Source: a virus. From it: DNA of 64,000 nt. Location of the stretch: positions 1-64,000 of the IMG/VR virus record IMGVR_UViG_3300045988_103907. One strand, 5' to 3'. The translations under genes and the position numbers were made by a program. The notes beneath the pieces were generated by a model that worked only from the letters and a program-made list of their open reading frames with translations, ran no database searches and had not been told where the DNA came from. This document shows, piece by piece, positions 30,365 to 39,345 of this stretch. Position 1 is the first letter of the stretch, and each line of letters opens with the position of its first letter.

Positions 30365-31383
30365 TTAATTCTCCTAACACAGTTCTCGATCAATGCCTTA
30401 AATTTTTCAGGATTATCAGTCGGGGCTTCCTTTTCATCCAGAATCCCTTTATCATCTACTACAGCATACACACTTACGCCATCAACGAATCGATTGGCGA
30501 GAACCATAAGCTCACTAAGCTGAACGTCTTTATCAAAGACAAAACAAATATCAACGCAAAGACGTGTCAAAATTTCAATTTGATTTTGTGAAACCTTCTT
30601 ACCGCCAGTCGCCACACAGTTGCAGACATCCATGTTCCACATCTGCATGACAGACTTTTCAGCTTCACCAACATATACCAGACCTTCATTCTTAATGTAC
30701 GGCTCTGTCTTAAACAAACCATACAGAATACGGTTTCTGGCACACGGCTCAAGATACAGATACTTTAATTCACCTTCAGGCGGCTTACCAAAGTATCTTC
30801 CCTTTACACCAACCAGAGTGCCAATTTCATCTCTTATTGGAATCGTAATTCTATTTGTTAGTTCATCAAAGCCAATCTCAAACTCCTGCTGCGTCTCATA
30901 AGATATCCCATCGTCAGCAAAAATCTGGTTCACATAAGGTTTGTAATAACCGAGGATGGCTTCGGAGATGGGGACTATCGGACGGTCATCCTCGTGTTCT
31001 TCACCTTCATTTTGCATGGCAATGAGCTCTTTTAGAATCAACATACTTTTAGGAAGGTCTTCCTCGAAGTTGTGATAATAGTCAAGTCCAACCCATTCGC
31101 AGATTTGCTTAATAGCTTTTGGGAAAGACAGTTCCAGAAAGAACTGGACGACAGAAATCAAATCATAACTGGTCTTTCCATTTGCAATATCTCGTGTGTA
31201 ATCTACCGCAGTAAGATTTTCATTCTCGTAAATGCAGAGTGCCGTTCTATTATCACCATCTGGATTTGCACACTGGTAATAATCAGTCTTGTGACTGATG
31301 TGATGACAACCAAGTTCCTCCAGAATCGGTTCAATCTGCTGTTCTTCAAGAATGTAATTTTTCAGATCTGCGATATTTACCAT
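30361..31383 (-). CDS. DnaG-like DNA primase (RNA-polymerase + Toprim domains)
   Basis: ITIPIRDEIGTLVGVKGRYF (primase GxGGR-like), Toprim VYVGEAEKSVMQMW...FVFDKD. Confidence 0.6.
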   Translation of the reverse strand: MVNIADLKNYILEEQQIEPILEELGCHHISHKTDYYQCANPDGDNRTALCIYENENLTAVDYTRDIANGKTSYDLISVVQFFLELSFPKAIKQICEWVGLDYYHNFEEDLPKSMLILKELIAMQNEGEEHEDDRPIVPISEAILGYYKPYVNQIFADDGISYETQQEFEIGFDELTNRITIPIRDEIGTLVGVKGRYFGKPPEGELKYLYLEPCARNRILYGLFKTEPYIKNEGLVYVGEAEKSVMQMWNMDVCNCVATGGKKVSQNQIEILTRLCVDICFVFDKDVQLSELMVLANRFVDGVSVYAVVDDKGILDEKEAPTDNPEKFKALIENCVRRIK

Positions 31384-31392
31384 TGTAGTTCC

Positions 31393-32916
31393 TTACTTTC
31401 TGGTGCAGACACCGACCTCTTTCCAGACATTCTGGTTCAAATTCACTTCAAACATGATTTTCTTCTTCTCACCAAAACGGTTCTTATCGATGTTTCCGAC
31501 GTAATACCGTTTATCTGGATTCAACCGATGGGCACAGTCACCGCCCCATTCAGGGTCATGAGAGATATATTGATACTTCGCAAACTTATCTTTTGGGATC
31601 TCCTTGAATAGAACCATTGTCCAAGCAACGTGCTTAATCATCTTTGACTCAGCAATATTATTTGAGTTCAGTTCATCAGGAAGATATTCATGAGCATTTT
31701 CAGCCAACTGGATACTACCGTAGATAAAGATTTTAAGGTTTTTCGCAATCTCTTCAAGTTCGGTGGCTGTAACCTTAAACGCTGCCCATTCACCAATCGA
31801 AGCAATATCGTTCTTTAGAGTATCATAGAACACATACTTGACACCCTGGGTGAGAGCTGCCTTCTGGATTTCGAACCGCAAAGACTTATCACTGTAATCA
31901 GCAGAGACATCCTTTGCGATAATCAAACCCTGTGATTCATTCTCGATCCACTGGCAAACATCAAGCACATTGCGATACTCTTCACTTTCCTCGTAGACAC
32001 GAGCGGTGAATTCATCAATGCTTTCTATGTACTCTCCATCTTCATTTTGTTTTCGGAAGATGAAGTCCCCGTTTGCATCACGGTACATTCCAAGGGTGAT
32101 TTCTCGTTCATCCTTATGAAAACGATGACCATGCAGCTCTTGAAACTCAGGATTATTGATAGCAGTGACCAGTAAGCAGTATCGGACGGATTCGAGATCC
32201 ATCTCATTTAGCAGCAGAAGTGCTTTTTGCTTCTGAACCAATGTGACGTATGCAACAATCGCCATCATATATCTAGTCTTGCCAGCATTAGATGGCATAC
32301 CATTAAACATCACTGTGCCCAACTTTAACCCTCGGAACAAATCGTTCATGATAGGATACTGGAACGGCAAGCCCATATCAGGAACGCTTAGACGTTCATT
32401 GACCATCGGCAATAGACCGTTATTCAAAATCTCAGCGTCATCGTTTGTAATGATGACGGTATTGATCTTGTCGGCCTTACCACGAATCAGTTTGTAAATG
32501 TCCTGAGCACTAAACATTTCAAACTGCCGATGCTTCAAGATTCCTTCAATGTTGAATCCGTTTCTCTGATACTCACGAAGTAACGAATATTTCTTCAGGA
32601 TATTGAAATATCCCTTGATATCATCGTCATTCGCAAGGCTCATGTAGTATTCAATGGTTGACCAGCCCTTCAGCCGCTTATACTGGGACAATCTGGACTC
32701 GTCTTCAGCCATAAACGTTAAAACAGATGTTTTATTGAATTCTTGCGTCCGAGTTTCGTAAATAATTAACGCTGCATCGTAGAAAAATTTTGTTGCTTCA
32801 TCGGCAAAATCGTACTTGCTCTTGACATAATGCCCATACTCAACCAAATAGTCAGGATGCTTGTAAATTGCGCCGACAAATAGAATTTCGTTCGGGATAT
32901 TTGAAATGAGTTCCAC
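31393..32916 (-). CDS. DnaB-like replicative helicase
   Basis: Walker A GMPSNAGKTRYMM, H4-like NRFGEKKKIMFEVNL; 507 aa. Confidence 0.7.
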   Translation of the reverse strand: MELISNIPNEILFVGAIYKHPDYLVEYGHYVKSKYDFADEATKFFYDAALIIYETRTQEFNKTSVLTFMAEDESRLSQYKRLKGWSTIEYYMSLANDDDIKGYFNILKKYSLLREYQRNGFNIEGILKHRQFEMFSAQDIYKLIRGKADKINTVIITNDDAEILNNGLLPMVNERLSVPDMGLPFQYPIMNDLFRGLKLGTVMFNGMPSNAGKTRYMMAIVAYVTLVQKQKALLLLNEMDLESVRYCLLVTAINNPEFQELHGHRFHKDEREITLGMYRDANGDFIFRKQNEDGEYIESIDEFTARVYEESEEYRNVLDVCQWIENESQGLIIAKDVSADYSDKSLRFEIQKAALTQGVKYVFYDTLKNDIASIGEWAAFKVTATELEEIAKNLKIFIYGSIQLAENAHEYLPDELNSNNIAESKMIKHVAWTMVLFKEIPKDKFAKYQYISHDPEWGGDCAHRLNPDKRYYVGNIDKNRFGEKKKIMFEVNLNQNVWKEVGVCTRK

Positions 32917-32937
32917 TCATCCACCTCCCTCGTGCTT

Positions 32938-33630
32938 TTATATCTCATCGAGAATTGCATTTATATCAATTTCATTCTCGTTTTTGCTCTGTTTTGGTAC
33001 TGTTTTCATCCGTTTCAGTACCGTTTCCGTCAGGTTTTCCTTCGTTTTACCTTCGCATTCACTACGAATCGAAGCTTGTCTTTCTTTTTGTTCGAGATAA
33101 CTCGGATATTGTGCCAGCAAAACAGCCAAGTCATAGTTCCATCGCTGGCTCATATCACAACCCTTTGCTTCTTTCTCGGCAATTATCTTATCTAGTCGGG
33201 GTTTCGCTAGAACCCACATATCGTAAAGTTCTAGCGGAGGAATAGAACCTCTATATTTGTAATAATTGCCGGAAATCAACTGCGTAAGTTTCGAGTAGAA
33301 GCTGCCCGGAACAACCGCCGGGGCGTATGTATCTCGAATATGGTCGAAAAGAATCTTTTTTTCTTCCTGTTTGATCTGTGCAAGCTCACGATTGTGGTCT
33401 TGTTCTCTCTTTTTGGAAAGAAGATCATCGACTTTTTTATCCGTAGCATCTTTTACTGTGTCAAAAAATGCCCTTAGCAGGTCATCTGTCCAAGGGCGTT
33501 TTTGATTTTTCTTTTTTTCTACAAAGCAATCCTTGTGGTAAAAACCAGTCTTGTCGTAGAAAAAAGTGCTACGGTCTCGCTCGATGAAAATGTTCTTCCC
33601 GCAAATTTTGCATTTACGGGTAAGTTCCAT
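32938..33630 (-). CDS. Zinc-finger hypothetical protein (possible replication accessory)
   Basis: CKICGKN...HKDCF N-terminal Zn motif, charged helical remainder. Confidence 0.4.
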   Translation of the reverse strand: MELTRKCKICGKNIFIERDRSTFFYDKTGFYHKDCFVEKKKNQKRPWTDDLLRAFFDTVKDATDKKVDDLLSKKREQDHNRELAQIKQEEKKILFDHIRDTYAPAVVPGSFYSKLTQLISGNYYKYRGSIPPLELYDMWVLAKPRLDKIIAEKEAKGCDMSQRWNYDLAVLLAQYPSYLEQKERQASIRSECEGKTKENLTETVLKRMKTVPKQSKNENEIDINAILDEI

Positions 33631-34766
33631 TAAGCCAGTTCCTTCTCCATGATTGCGGCAACCTTCTTCAGTTCCTCGATATCAGTCATGGAACGGAATC
33701 GAGTAGACAAGCCAGCTTCCTCAACCGCATTCTTTGCTGCGTTTTTCTTAATCGGAGATGCATCAGACAACATCTTGCTTAGATTGGCCTTTAGCTCATC
33801 AAGCGAAAGTTCTTTCTTTACATCAGAAGATTCTTCAATTTCATTCTCATCAAGACCAAGATCACGCATATTCAGCTTGATTTCAGTCTTGACTGCATCG
33901 CTCAGTCCGTTTTTAATAACGAAATCCTTATTCTTTGCACTATTAGAGATAAGGCTTTGGTATTCCAGCAAGGTAAGATCTTCAACAATTTCTTCGTCTC
34001 GATGCACATCAGATCTGTCTTTAACGAAATAAGCAAGATGTGCACCGTTCTGTTTGTACAGACGAATTTCAGTATCAACATTATGACCCTGACCTTTAAA
34101 TCCATCAGGAATCTTTCGACCAGTCGATACGCTAACAGAAGAACCATTCACAATCTTGTTTTCAGTCTCGTCCTTTTCGCGGCAGACAACAACATAATGA
34201 ACACCAGTTGCATTCAAATCCAGAATTAAAGATTGGCCCTTAAAGTTCAGTTGCTGGTAGTCCTTCAATTCCATACCAGCGCCTTCAATCTTGACTGCCT
34301 TTTCATCGCCAGTCAAACCTTGTGCGTTTGCTTTTACTTTTGCACGCTTTTTCGAGAATTCCGAAAGCCCCTGCTTACAAGTAAGGGTCAAAATATACGT
34401 GGAATCAACAACAATCGCATCAGCACGGAATGGATTACCATCCGCATCGAGAATTACGCTTCCATCCGAATACTCAAAGTCTTCATCGTCAGCAACAGTC
34501 TTAATGAAATCCTGTACCTCTGCGAGAGACTGCGTATATACAACAAGCAGGTTTTCAGGATTAACACCATTTGCCTCAAGTTCCTCTGTGTAATTGTCAA
34601 CAGAGCCATTCTCGGTATCAATATATAAAACACGAAATGGACGGCCATCAGCATTCTTCAAATAACACATCTGCATAGCCAGACGAGATTTCCCAGTCCC
34701 CTGTTCGCCATAGACAAGAATCTTAATTTTCTTGCGAATGGCATTTGCCTTACGAATCATAGCCAT
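33630..34766 (-). CDS. P-loop NTPase (RecA-like/AAA; possible helicase loader or recombination ATPase)
   Basis: Walker A GEQGTGKSRLAMQM, Walker B-like AIVVDSTYI. Confidence 0.6.
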   Translation of the reverse strand: MAMIRKANAIRKKIKILVYGEQGTGKSRLAMQMCYLKNADGRPFRVLYIDTENGSVDNYTEELEANGVNPENLLVVYTQSLAEVQDFIKTVADDEDFEYSDGSVILDADGNPFRADAIVVDSTYILTLTCKQGLSEFSKKRAKVKANAQGLTGDEKAVKIEGAGMELKDYQQLNFKGQSLILDLNATGVHYVVVCREKDETENKIVNGSSVSVSTGRKIPDGFKGQGHNVDTEIRLYKQNGAHLAYFVKDRSDVHRDEEIVEDLTLLEYQSLISNSAKNKDFVIKNGLSDAVKTEIKLNMRDLGLDENEIEESSDVKKELSLDELKANLSKMLSDASPIKKNAAKNAVEEAGLSTRFRSMTDIEELKKVAAIMEKELA

Positions 34767-34799
34767 ATATGTAAATTCCTCTCTAAATCTTTTCTTTTA

Positions 34800-35093
34800 T
34801 TAAACTTTCAAACACTCATACCATGGATCACCAGTCTCAACTGCATGAGCAATATAATCCAACTGGCGGGTAATGCTATCCACACTATCAGCCAGAATAT
34901 CCTTACACCCTACCGGAATAGCATTATCATTACATTCCGCATAAGCTATAGCTTCTTCAATAATCTCAGGATGCGTAGTAAACAAAATAGACATCATGGG
35001 AGAATCTTCTTCTGGCTCTTTTTCAAGCGTCTCAATATAAACAATGTAAAACTTCATGCCATTATAGGCAGTATATTCAAGAGTATTTTGCAT
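34800..35093 (-). CDS. Hypothetical protein
   Basis: 97 aa; motif copy and AGAGAGGG RBS immediately upstream. Confidence 0.35.
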   Translation of the reverse strand: MQNTLEYTAYNGMKFYIVYIETLEKEPEEDSPMMSILFTTHPEIIEEAIAYAECNDNAIPVGCKDILADSVDSITRQLDYIAHAVETGDPWYECLKV

Positions 35094-35107
35094 AACTAGC
35101 CCTCTCT

Positions 35108-35127
35108 GTATCCTGTATTACTTAGCT
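35108..35127 (-). promoter_or_regulatory. Recurrent motif copy GTATCCTGTATTACTTAGCT
   Basis: Read in sequence, intergenic. Confidence 0.4.
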
Positions 35128-35138
35128 AAGACTAAAAA

Positions 35139-36242
35139 TTACAGTCCCCAGTCATCTTCTTCCTCGTTTACAGGAGTTGCAGTAGACTTGTTAGAATCAC
35201 CCCACCAAGAAGTGTCGTTCTCAGCGGCCTTACCGTCGAAGTCCTTCTTTGCCTGAGCATTGGCAGCAATCTTTGCCCGTGCCTCGGAGATATTGTCCTC
35301 AGTGTAAGTGGGCTCTGCATCCTTCTCGCCAGGGTTCGGATCAAAGGAATCAGGGTTAACACCCTCAATATACAGCTTGCGAACCGCCGGAGTGCTCTGG
35401 CGCTTCATCTTGTTGGGGCCACCCCAGATATTCTCGGTCTCAACTTCCTCAACCTTCTGCTGATTAACGATAGGGCCAAAGCACTCAAAACTGGTATAGG
35501 GCTTCAAACGCTTACGAATAGAGTCTGCCAGAACCTTATTCTGAGTGTTTGCCTTATAGTCAATGAAAAACTCTGCATCCTCGATAGTGTTGTAATTCAC
35601 GATCTTTGCATCGACAACTACCTCATCGCACTCATCGCTCTTGCGGCAACCAGTGTAAATAATGGTCTGAGTAAACAGAGCCAGCTCCTCGAAACCCTCT
35701 GCATCGAAGTCAATTTCCTTGGAGCTCAGAGACACCTGAGTAGGAACGAAGCGGATCTGGTGCTTGTCGTTGTAAGTGCTGTACTCGATGTTGCCACGGA
35801 TATACACGTTGTCACCGTCATGCAGATTCTCGGAAATCTCCTTGGCTGCATCGAAGTCGGTCAGAGTCTTGTTATCATTGACAACCTTACCAGACTCATT
35901 CGTCTTCTTGGTAACACCGACCTTAACGCCAATCATATCATAGCCTTCCGGTGCAACATAAGTCAGACGATCCTTCCAAGCGACTTCCTTCTTATCCTTC
36001 TCGATGCCCTTGTCCTTATCGGCACGGCGGAAGAAGTAAACCTTATCACGAGGCATACCAGCCAGATCAATATAGAAAGTGTTTTCATTGGAAGTCTGAA
36101 CGCCAAAGCTTAGGACACGGCGCATAGCGCCACTCTTGGTCTCCTTCTCGTTATAGAAGTTACTACGCTGGGTGCCGGTGACCTTACCAGCCATCTCAAA
36201 AGAACCACGGGTCTGAGGAAGATTAAAAATTCTATCTGCCAT
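35139..36242 (-). CDS. Hypothetical protein with acidic C-terminal tail (possible SSB-like)
   Basis: 367 aa ending NEEEDDWGL; position next to the ATPase in the replication module; no firm motif. Confidence 0.3.
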   Translation of the reverse strand: MADRIFNLPQTRGSFEMAGKVTGTQRSNFYNEKETKSGAMRRVLSFGVQTSNENTFYIDLAGMPRDKVYFFRRADKDKGIEKDKKEVAWKDRLTYVAPEGYDMIGVKVGVTKKTNESGKVVNDNKTLTDFDAAKEISENLHDGDNVYIRGNIEYSTYNDKHQIRFVPTQVSLSSKEIDFDAEGFEELALFTQTIIYTGCRKSDECDEVVVDAKIVNYNTIEDAEFFIDYKANTQNKVLADSIRKRLKPYTSFECFGPIVNQQKVEEVETENIWGGPNKMKRQSTPAVRKLYIEGVNPDSFDPNPGEKDAEPTYTEDNISEARAKIAANAQAKKDFDGKAAENDTSWWGDSNKSTATPVNEEEDDWGL

Positions 36243-36388
36243 ATCAAGTCTCCTTTATGTAATTTTGTTTCATTGATAATCACTTATATTTCTTTTTTGT
36301 TGTCTTGAATCAATTCATGCACTATTCATTTTATGTATTCTCCTCCGTTTGGCTTATTGATGGCTTATATTTTATACGGCATTCGCCG

Positions 36389-36601
36389 TTAAAAATCGTC
36401 CTTTAAAGGATTATGTACAAACATTGCGCCGAGCACTACTGGAAACCGTTCTGAACACTCAGGACATAAATCAAAACTCAAAAACAAACCATCAAGTTGG
36501 CTACCATAAGAGTATTGATGCTCAAAACTGATTCCCTGCTCGCTACCTATCGGCTTGATTTCACGACCACACCAGTTACATATTTTTTTACATGTGTTCA
36601 T
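36389..36601 (-). CDS. Cys-rich hypothetical protein
   Basis: 70 aa, CNWCG...CPEC. Confidence 0.3.
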   Translation of the reverse strand: MNTCKKICNWCGREIKPIGSEQGISFEHQYSYGSQLDGLFLSFDLCPECSERFPVVLGAMFVHNPLKDDF

Positions 36602-36618
36602 ACGGCATCACCCCATTT

Positions 36619-36897
36619 TTAATATTCTCTATCACGGAACATTTTAGATTGAGCACGAGTCAGTCTGTTGTTCCGACCATACTTAGGTCTGAATGCGGAC
36701 TGCAATTTGTTGTTTACATATTCGAGGTCACTCTCCAGAATCTTCGCAGCTTCTTCAATGTAATCTCGAATGGCACAATACTGGTCGTTGTTGATACAGT
36801 GCGTCTTTAGATAATCAAGCATATCGACTGCCTGATTTTTCAAAAGAAGTGTATCCTCAAGCTGAGTCTTACGCCGTTGGAAGAAATCTATATTCAA
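36619..36897 (-). CDS. Hypothetical protein
   Basis: 92 aa. Confidence 0.3.
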   Translation of the reverse strand: MNIDFFQRRKTQLEDTLLLKNQAVDMLDYLKTHCINNDQYCAIRDYIEEAAKILESDLEYVNNKLQSAFRPKYGRNNRLTRAQSKMFRDREY

Positions 36898-37103
36898 CTA
36901 AACATCTCCTCCTTCTTTTCAGTAAACCTACTCCAATCCATCTTGTGATGACATTCTGGACACTTCAGCTCAAGCTTTTCCAGCTTCGTCACACAAAACG
37001 GACAAAGATATGTATTTTTCTCCTTCTGGAAAATGGGACTCGCTGGAATGCTTAAAGAACCGGGGTCGATGGTTGCATTGATTGAGATTTTGTTGTTCAT
37101 CAT
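36894..37103 (-). CDS. Zinc-ribbon hypothetical protein
   Basis: CPFC...CPEC; 69 aa. Confidence 0.3.
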   Translation of the reverse strand: MMNNKISINATIDPGSLSIPASPIFQKEKNTYLCPFCVTKLEKLELKCPECHHKMDWSRFTEKKEEMFS

Positions 37104-37120
37104 GTCACCTCTTATTTGAA

Positions 37121-37657
37121 TTAGCCTTTTATAAGTTTTCGTAACTCCAACTTGCTTGGTAAGAAGTCTCGGCAGAAATACGCACTGCCAAATGACACTC
37201 CCTCGACGGGCTTGTCCTTATGCTTGTCATCCATAAATCCGATTCTTGAGTCAAAGCAGAGCATTTGAACATCGTTATTGAAGATTTCAAATCTCGTCTT
37301 GCCTTGGATACTGTTTGCCGGAAGTAATAAAGCAAATGGTTTTCCAAGCTCATACGCTCTGCGGAGCACCCTATCTTTCTTACTAAACGGCGGATTTGAA
37401 ATCATAATATCCCAGCACTCAGGTTCATATGTAAAGAAATCTTGCCCATTATCAATGTGGCTGCACTCTACTTGATATCCCGCTTCTCGAAATACTTTTG
37501 CGAATTCAGACCAATCCTTATCAAATGGACACCAAATCACTACTTGGCTCGATGGGGGGATGAACTCAAGCAACGGAGTTACTGCGTACCGTGGCGTGTA
37601 TCGCTCATCTCCATTAGATGAACGGTCTGCCGTAAGATAACCCTTATTTTCTGGCAT
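37121..37657 (-). CDS. Dam-like DNA N6-adenine methyltransferase
   Basis: ISNPPFSKKD catalytic motif; start set at MPENKGY with GTGAGGG RBS; resembles phage Dam family. Confidence 0.7.
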   Translation of the reverse strand: MPENKGYLTADRSSNGDERYTPRYAVTPLLEFIPPSSQVVIWCPFDKDWSEFAKVFREAGYQVECSHIDNGQDFFTYEPECWDIMISNPPFSKKDRVLRRAYELGKPFALLLPANSIQGKTRFEIFNNDVQMLCFDSRIGFMDDKHKDKPVEGVSFGSAYFCRDFLPSKLELRKLIKG

Positions 37658-38288
37658 TTTCGCCCTCACTTTCGATGTAAGCCGTGAACTGTTCTGCAAA
37701 GGCACGAGCAACACCATGAAAAGTCTTGGCTCTATTTTTCGCATCCTCACCACGTTTGGCTGCGCCACGATTCCTTACATTGCCTTTATTGGCCGAAGTT
37801 CCACAAGGACAATACGGACCCTTCGGTTCAACCGCTTCAACCGGAACCAGATTAGGAAGACCTTTCAGCCATAAACAGGTCTTCTTTGTCCATGGGTGGT
37901 CCTTACCATAAAATTCATATGGCTGAATCATCTGCGATGGTTTTGGCATTTTATAGACAGCACTTGGAATTGGATTCTCAACACAAATGTGTTTAATCGG
38001 TGCGTTATAAAACGCCATAAAAAATTCCTTAGCTTCCAATCCTTGTTGATACCGTTCTTGATTCAATTTGTGCCCAGCCCACAACCATCGTGCGCCAGCA
38101 TTTGATAAATATGTACACGGAGGATGCGCAATCAATAGATCCCACTGCTCAACATAGTGTTGTATGCCATCCATTGTGACTATCTGCCCACCCTGTAGAG
38201 CTACCAGTGCATTACCCAAAATATGCCACTCTGGGTGACCACCGGACGGAGGTTGAATATCGCAAGAATACGCTTCATGACCAAGCAA
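37644..38288 (-). CDS. C5-cytosine DNA methyltransferase-like protein (short; start uncertain)
   Basis: Motif IV-like AHPPCTYLSNAG and motif VI-like ICVENP; coding signal extends upstream of the TTG start toward an AAGGAGG RBS with no canonical in-frame start. Confidence 0.55.
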   Translation of the reverse strand: MLGHEAYSCDIQPPSGGHPEWHILGNALVALQGGQIVTMDGIQHYVEQWDLLIAHPPCTYLSNAGARWLWAGHKLNQERYQQGLEAKEFFMAFYNAPIKHICVENPIPSAVYKMPKPSQMIQPYEFYGKDHPWTKKTCLWLKGLPNLVPVEAVEPKGPYCPCGTSANKGNVRNRGAAKRGEDAKNRAKTFHGVARAFAEQFTAYIESEGENARK

Positions 38289-38362
38289 TCGAAATGCTTT
38301 ACAAACTTCCTGTGATTCCTCACAGGCAATTAGAACTCGTAAGATTACACATTCCTCCTTTT

Positions 38363-38382
38363 CGTATCCTGTGTAATATATC
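38363..38382 (-). promoter_or_regulatory. Recurrent motif copy CGTATCCTGTGTAATATATC just upstream of the methyltransferase RBS
   Basis: Read in sequence. Confidence 0.4.
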
Positions 38383-38487
38383 TAAAACTTTAAAAATGAG
38401 CGAAAAACAATAGACGTATTAACGTCATATTATTCATTCGCTTATAAAACAAAAGTTCTAGCAGGTTTTATGTACGCCCTATCGGGC

Positions 38488-38579
38488 TGGTGGGACGTAA
38501 GGGACTCGAACCCCTGTGAGGTGTTATTCTCATCACCCGGTTATGAGCCAGGAGCTTTAACCAACTAAGCTAACGTCCC
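38488..38579 (-). tRNA. tRNA with CAU anticodon (Met/Ile2-type anticodon loop CUCAUAA) and an unusual ~20-nt variable arm; 92 nt with encoded CCA
   Basis: Hand-folded: acceptor GGGACGU/ACGUCCC, D arm GCUU/AAGC, anticodon stem CCUGG/CCGGG, T arm AGGGG-UUCGAGU-CCCUU. Confidence 0.5.
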
Positions 38580-38589
38580 ATGCAAACGC

Positions 38590-38680
38590 CGACTTTCATC
38601 GGCGCGATACCAGTGAAGGAATCGAACCTTATCTCTCGGTGTTTCCGAGCGCTTTTACCATTAAGCTATCCAGCCGTATA
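38590..38680 (-). ncRNA. tRNA-like element with canonical T arm (AAGG-UUCGAUU-CCUU) and D-arm-like segment but no foldable acceptor/anticodon stem; possible pseudo-tRNA
   Basis: Hand-folding fails (anticodon stem CUCGG/CCGAG encloses only 5 nt); followed by hairpin CGCCGA-UGAAAG-UCGGCG. Confidence 0.25.
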
Positions 38681-38806
38681 CCTCAGAATTTAATTCTCAC
38701 TATCCAAGCTACGTCGCGTTCCAATATGATCACTCTTGGCAACCATGTCGTAACATATAGGTTTCTTTCGGCTCTGAGTAACCGGTGCAGCGTAAGGGGC
38801 TGCGTG

Positions 38807-38882
38807 TGGAGCGACTGACGGGGTATGATCCCGCAACATTCAGATTGGAAATCTGACGCTCTGCCAATTGAACTACAGTCGC
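38807..38882 (-). tRNA. tRNA-Gly (UCC)
   Basis: Acceptor GCGACUG/CAGUCGC, anticodon loop UUUCCAA, 76 nt with CCA; atypical T loop AUCAUAC. Confidence 0.7.
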
Positions 38883-38988
38883 ATAATCACCCAGCTTGCA
38901 AAGCACTACTGCACCATCACTGGCGAGCTGGGAATAATAGTGGTAATCAAAGGAGATCAACAAACGGTACGCAACCATAAGTTGATAA

Positions 38989-39077
38989 TGGTGGACACGA
39001 CCCGATTTGAACGGGCACACCGCTGTTAACGGCAAAAGAGCCTAAATCTTTCATGTCTGCGATTCCATCACGTGTCC
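38989..39077 (-). tRNA. tRNA-Leu (UAG), class II
   Basis: Acceptor GGACACG/CGUGUCC, anticodon stem AAAGA/UCUUU loop UUUAGGC, variable arm CCG-UUAACAG-CGG, T arm GCCCG-UUCAAAU-CGGGU, CCA encoded. Confidence 0.65.
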
Positions 39078-39082
39078 ATAAA

Positions 39083-39172
39083 TTGAGGGTGTCGGGATCG
39101 AACCGACGATCGGCTATAAAGCACGCTGTCTGGGTCAAAGCCAGATGCCATTTACCACTTGGCGAACCCTCA
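39083..39172 (-). tRNA. tRNA with UUG anticodon (Gln-type loop CUUUGAC) and an unusual 21-nt variable arm; 90 nt, no encoded CCA
   Basis: Acceptor UGAGGGU/ACCCUCA, D arm GCCA/UGGC, anticodon stem UCUGG/CCAGA, T arm GUCGG-UUCGAUC-CCGAC. Confidence 0.5.
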
Positions 39173-39271
39173 TTATGTAACTTGGCTTGCTGCGTCCTAC
39201 TGCTCCGTTTTTTTGGAGAGCCAAGAATAATAGGAAGGTATTCATGAAAAGCAAGTGGAATACTCCACTGG

Positions 39272-39343
39272 TCCAAAATGTCGAATTCGAATCGCTCTTC
39301 TGCGTCCCAAACGCAGCGTGCTGCCATTACACTACATTCTGGA
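39272..39343 (-). ncRNA. Degenerate tRNA-like sequence (intact acceptor and UGG anticodon arm, defective D and T stems); possible pseudo-tRNA-Pro
   Basis: Acceptor UCCAGAA/UUUUGGA, anticodon stem CUGCG/CGCAG loop UUUGGGA; T stem pairs only 3 bp around UUCGAAU. Confidence 0.3.
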
Positions 39344-39345
39344 TA

